A stretch of DNA of 39,706 bases, from NCBI GenBank assembly GCA_040830765.1, contig JBFOMH010000034.1, positions 1-39,706 of the forward strand, read 5' to 3'. The notes below the pieces were generated by a model. The model did not search any database, was not told the origin of the DNA, and saw nothing but the letters and a program-made list of their open reading frames with translations. This DNA comes from Puniceicoccaceae bacterium. GTDB taxonomy: Bacteria > Verrucomicrobiota > Verrucomicrobiia > Opitutales > Oceanipulchritudinaceae. Of the stretch, positions 36,462-39,706 are shown piece after piece (positions within the stretch are counted from its first letter, which is position 1; the number at the start of each line of letters is the position of its first letter). Made by a program: the position numbers and the translations under genes.

Positions 36462-36986
36462 TTAATCCTCCCTCAACCAGGTTGCGTATGCGTTAATGGC
36501 CTGCTCCAGTTCTTCGCTTTTCAAGTGGAGAGCTTCGTGTATGAAAAACGGCTCACCAACGCGCATGCCGCATAATTCTAGGGTACAGGTGAGTGGGCGC
36601 AGCAGTTCCTCCATTGTATAGCGGTTATGACCGGTCCTGGAGTAGGATTTCTCCGATCCCCCGGTTGTCACAGCAATTCGCACCCTCTTGTCGATAAGCG
36701 CCTTCCCGGTCCCCCCATATGCCCAGCCATATTGGAGGACAATATCGAACCATTCCTTCAACAGTGCAGGGCTCGAATACCAGTACATGGGAAATTGGAA
36801 CACGACCGATGGATGTGCTTCCATCAGGGCCTGCTCCAGTTTTGCGTCCACGCACATATCCGGATAGCGCTCGTAAAGGTCATTGACCGTGACGCCCTCA
36901 AGGGATCTTGCCTTTTGCAGGAGTTTCCGGTTTACCCGCGACTTTTCCAGCGCGGGATGAACAAATTGTAGTAAGGTGGATGCCAT
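36462..36986 (-). CDS. KefF/KefG-like flavodoxin-fold NAD(P)H oxidoreductase
   Basis: HP..EKSRVN, DLYERYPD, VFQFPMYWYSSPALLKEW.D.VL..GWAYG and TTGG motifs; ends 3 bp before the kefC-like start. Confidence 0.88.
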   Translation of the reverse strand: MASTLLQFVHPALEKSRVNRKLLQKARSLEGVTVNDLYERYPDMCVDAKLEQALMEAHPSVVFQFPMYWYSSPALLKEWFDIVLQYGWAYGGTGKALIDKRVRIAVTTGGSEKSYSRTGHNRYTMEELLRPLTCTLELCGMRVGEPFFIHEALHLKSEELEQAINAYATWLRED

Positions 36987-37077
36987 TTGCAAATTTGATA
37001 TTAACGATTATGCCCTACCAGCGAGAGTATTTAACAGGTCGGGTGTCCTCTGTTAAAGATCTCATCAAGTGCGGACT

Positions 37078-37674
37078 TCAATTGGCCAATGGAAAATGTT
37101 TCGCCAGATGTTCCCGGAAGCGGCTGAAATAGCCTTCAACATCGGGATTCTTCATGACATCGTAACAGGCAAAGGTCTCCATCGGTTCCATCCCGAAGAA
37201 GCGGAAGTTCAAGTGCGCCGGCAAGAAAAGGTCGTCCGGTGAGCGGCCAGCAAAAAAGGATTGTCCGGGATCATTGAAGGCTTCGGCGGGAGCATTGAAG
37301 GTCAGGGAAAGCATGTACCGCTTCCCCTTGAGACTGCCTCCCTGGCCATACTGGATGGAAGGATCCTTGCGGGTGCGTCCGTCGCCATTGCACAACCGGC
37401 CATCCATTCCGTAGGAGTATACTTCGTCCATGTACTTCTTGAACGACCAGGGCACACCCATCCAGTTCACGGGTGTCTGCAAAAGGATACAGTCCGCCCA
37501 CCTGTGCTTCTCGATTTCCGCATCGATGGCGTAGTCGTCTTCCATGGTCGTCAGTTGCACCGCGTAACCCGTCTCCTCAAGATGGGTCCGGGCCATGTCG
37601 ACCAGCGTTCCGTTCAGTTTGCCCTCCGAGAAGGGATACTTCTGGTGGGCGTTGATGATGAAGATGTTTTTCAT
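37078..37674 (-). CDS. mdaB: MdaB-like NAD(P)H:quinone reductase (flavodoxin-2 fold)
   Basis: [47 protein letters not shown]....[15 protein letters not shown] and DVMKNPDVE motifs. Start at ATG 37674. Confidence 0.88.
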   Translation of the reverse strand: MKNIFIINAHQKYPFSEGKLNGTLVDMARTHLEETGYAVQLTTMEDDYAIDAEIEKHRWADCILLQTPVNWMGVPWSFKKYMDEVYSYGMDGRLCNGDGRTRKDPSIQYGQGGSLKGKRYMLSLTFNAPAEAFNDPGQSFFAGRSPDDLFLPAHLNFRFFGMEPMETFACYDVMKNPDVEGYFSRFREHLAKHFPLAN

Positions 37675-37694
37675 GCTCTGTCGTTCGTTGGAAA

Positions 37695-38240
37695 TTAAGC
37701 GTAGGTGCCCCGGATGGGGTAGTTGTTTTCCCGGATCCATTCCACCGTTTCGACCAGCTCCTCAAGGTCGGAGCGGTTGAACGGTGTGTTCGAAATGTCG
37801 ATCAGGTGCAGCCGGTTCTCCTCGTTCAGGGCGAACATCGCCGGTTCCGCAAAGGGTCGGTCGGTTTCCTGCTCCGACCGGGGATGCGAAATGTACAGCC
37901 CCAGTTCCTCCATCTGTCCGATGTCCAGGCTGTGGCCAACCGGGAAACTCACCCCGGTCTCCTGCACCATTGCCCCGGCCCGCTCCTCCGGATCCCCCGA
38001 CACTGCCACGATCTCTGCTCCCGCTTCCCGGAAGCGCTCCCGTAGCTTTTCCAGTTTGCCCAGGTAGCGCTTGCATAACGGGCAGTGCAGGCCCCGGTAA
38101 ACGAAAATGAGCTGCCACGGCGCCCCTTCCAAACGCTCCCCAAGGGTGAGGCTGCCCCCTCCCCAACGGGGTAATTCGTATGCCGGGAGTTCACTCCCCG
38201 CATGGAGTTTTCTTGATGTCCTGATGGTTGCGTTCTTCAT
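37695..38240 (-). CDS. AhpC/TSA peroxiredoxin-like (redoxin) protein
   Basis: [15 protein letters not shown]xxC motif, IVAVSGD and [21 protein letters not shown]. Confidence 0.85.
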   Translation of the reverse strand: MKNATIRTSRKLHAGSELPAYELPRWGGGSLTLGERLEGAPWQLIFVYRGLHCPLCKRYLGKLEKLRERFREAGAEIVAVSGDPEERAGAMVQETGVSFPVGHSLDIGQMEELGLYISHPRSEQETDRPFAEPAMFALNEENRLHLIDISNTPFNRSDLEELVETVEWIRENNYPIRGTYA

Positions 38241-38245
38241 AAATA

Positions 38246-38261
38246 TATCTACTAGTAGGTA
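38246..38261. promoter_or_regulatory. TetR-type operator palindrome (site 1)
   Basis: TATCTAC-TA-GTAGGTA, 5 bp upstream of the redoxin start codon. Confidence 0.75.
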
Positions 38262-38278
38262 GTTTAAGGTGAAAAAAA

Positions 38279-38845
38279 TCAGCCGAGGAGGCGCAGGTAC
38301 TCGTTGGCCGAGGTCCTGAAGTGCTCCGGGTCATCGAGTGCCCGGGCGATGACCTGCGCCCCGAGGAGGAAGTCATGGAAGGCGCGGGCCGCAAGGGTCG
38401 TGTCGAGGGTCCTGGGGAAAGTCCGGTCACTGACGCCCTGAATGAAAATCCCCTCAATGATGGCAACGGAGCTATTGATGGTGGCTTTCAGCCGTTCCCG
38501 GATGGTTTCGCTGAGGGTGGTCGACTCCACGCTGAGCATGCCGACAGTGCAGATTTTGCCTTCCATGAGTGAATTCTCAAAGATTTGCGCGATTGCCCGA
38601 AGCTTGTCCATCACCGGATCCTCCGAACAGGCCACCGTGCGGTAGTGCTGCCCGTAGTCATTGCCGCAGCGCTGCAGTAGGGCCTCCACCAGGTCATCCT
38701 TCTTCGGGAAATGGTAATGGATGCTGGCTTTGCGAATCCCCACCGCCAGGCTGAGGTCATTGTAGCTCATAGCATTGACCCCGACCGTTTGTATCAGGTC
38801 CTGGGCACTGTCCAGTAAGGCGGTCTTTCTGTCCCCGGTGATCAT
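38279..38845 (-). CDS. TetR/AcrR family regulator (NemR-like)
   Basis: [46 protein letters not shown]; Cys in GKICTVG. Confidence 0.92.
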   Translation of the reverse strand: MITGDRKTALLDSAQDLIQTVGVNAMSYNDLSLAVGIRKASIHYHFPKKDDLVEALLQRCGNDYGQHYRTVACSEDPVMDKLRAIAQIFENSLMEGKICTVGMLSVESTTLSETIRERLKATINSSVAIIEGIFIQGVSDRTFPRTLDTTLAARAFHDFLLGAQVIARALDDPEHFRTSANEYLRLLG

Positions 38846-38868
38846 GGTGTTCTAATTAATTACGATGA

Positions 38869-38899
38869 AGTATATCTACCTATAGGTAGGTAACGTCAA
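38869..38899 (-). promoter_or_regulatory. TetR gene promoter with embedded operator (site 2)
   Basis: Minus strand TTGACG (38899-38894), 19 bp spacer, TATACT (38874-38869). The spacer is filled by TATCTAC-CTATAG-GTAGGTA (38873-38892). Confidence 0.7.
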
Positions 38900-38986
38900 G
38901 CAATTATACCGTGATTGAAAGAATTTCTGTGGTTGAACCTGAACGTTTGAGCCAGTTGAATGTTTGCGGTCCGTTCCGCCATGATT

Positions 38987-39304
38987 TTACTTGCTGTACC
39001 AGTCCGGCCAACGGGATGTCACGGTCTGCCAGATTTCTTCTGTTGTTGCGTAGCCAAGCGGATGAATCGGCGATAGCGGGAACTCGAGTGACCGGACATT
39101 GTCCCCGATGGCTTTGATGATGGCCTCGGACTCCCCGTGATGGCGGGCTGTATCGAGAAAATTAACACATTCGTTCCAGCAGTAGTGCATGGCGTCGATG
39201 GCCTCCGTCTCATCAAAGGCGCCAAAGACGCCTTTCAGTCCGAAGGCCCCGAAACCCAGCCGGGAGACCTTGGTTTTCGTATGGTAGAAGTTGCTGTATT
39301 GCAT
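38987..39304 (-). pseudogene. Truncated aldo/keto reductase
   Basis: The first ~63 aa are a typical AKR start (VSRLGFGAF, NFLDTAR.HGESEAII), with His where the catalytic Tyr normally lies. The ORF ends at 105 aa versus ~300 for a full AKR. Confidence 0.75.
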
Positions 39305-39314
39305 GGCGGCCCGA

Positions 39315-39706
39315 TTAAAACTCGTCGTAGGCGATCTGCTGCGGAGCGACGCCGAGCTCTGTGAGCATCCTGGTGCAGGCCTTGATCATCATGGGTGGTC
39401 CGCAGAGGTAAAACTCAACCGACTGGATGTTGGGATGCGCATCAAGGTAGTTATCGAGCACGACCTCGTGGATGAAGCCTTTGTACCCATCCCAGTTGTC
39501 TTCCTCCAGCGGCTCCGAGAGGGCGAGGTTGAACGAGAAATTCGGGTGGTCCGCGGCCATCTGCTCGAAGTAGTCCTGGTAGTAGATTTCCTGCCTGGAG
39601 CGGGCCCCGTACCAGTAGCTGACCTTTCGGGGAGTATTTTCGTTCTCGAAGAGGTGGGCCAGATGGGCGCGCATGGGAGCCATCCCGGCTCCACCGCCGA
39701 TGTAAA
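39315..39706 (-). CDS. nqrF: Partial (3' end) NqrF-like NADH-binding reductase subunit
   Basis: IGGGAGMAPMRAHL, SYWYGARS, LALSEPLEEDNWDGYKGFIHEV and EFYLCGPPMM motifs. The gene starts beyond the right edge of the window. Confidence 0.82.
   Translation of the reverse strand, partial: YIGGGAGMAPMRAHLAHLFENENTPRKVSYWYGARSRQEIYYQDYFEQMAADHPNFSFNLALSEPLEEDNWDGYKGFIHEVVLDNYLDAHPNIQSVEFYLCGPPMMIKACTRMLTELGVAPQQIAYDEF

Overview
A 39.7 kb GC-rich bacterial window, probably Verrucomicrobiota/Opitutae. That assignment is an inference from the PEP-CTERM proteins, the 'ELSPFEV' TonB-receptor N-terminus and the Trp-rich C-terminal tails. Bases 1-33.5 kb form a glycan-utilisation locus with no SusD. It encodes a partial beta-helix protein, a GH94 phosphorylase, two tandem secreted clan-A (GH39-like) hydrolases, a PA14-containing GH31, an IclR regulator and an FAD oxidoreductase. 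It also holds a PEP-CTERM protein, four paralogs of an unrecognised ~250 aa secreted domain, a TonB-dependent receptor, an AraC/UroD/SGNH-TPR/ferritin-like/TIM-barrel block and a 1684 aa modular beta-helix protein. Three signals stand out. (i) The same unrecognised domain ends in PEP-CTERM in one copy and in a Trp-rich tail in three copies, and related tails end three unrelated secreted enzymes, suggesting an uncharacterised surface-anchoring or sorting module. (ii) An ATTCG-N6-CGAA palindrome occurs exactly 7 times and with one mismatch twice, all in intergenic DNA, outlining a probable IclR regulon. (iii) A duplication scar may explain how the tail swap arose. Bases 33.6-39.7 kb hold an AraC pseudogene, a TetR-controlled redox/electrophile-stress cassette (peroxiredoxin-like, MdaB, KefG/KefC-like), a truncated aldo/keto reductase and the 3' end of an NqrF-like gene. 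I saw no rRNA, tRNA, CRISPR array or transposase. All family calls come from motif recognition by eye; no searches were run.
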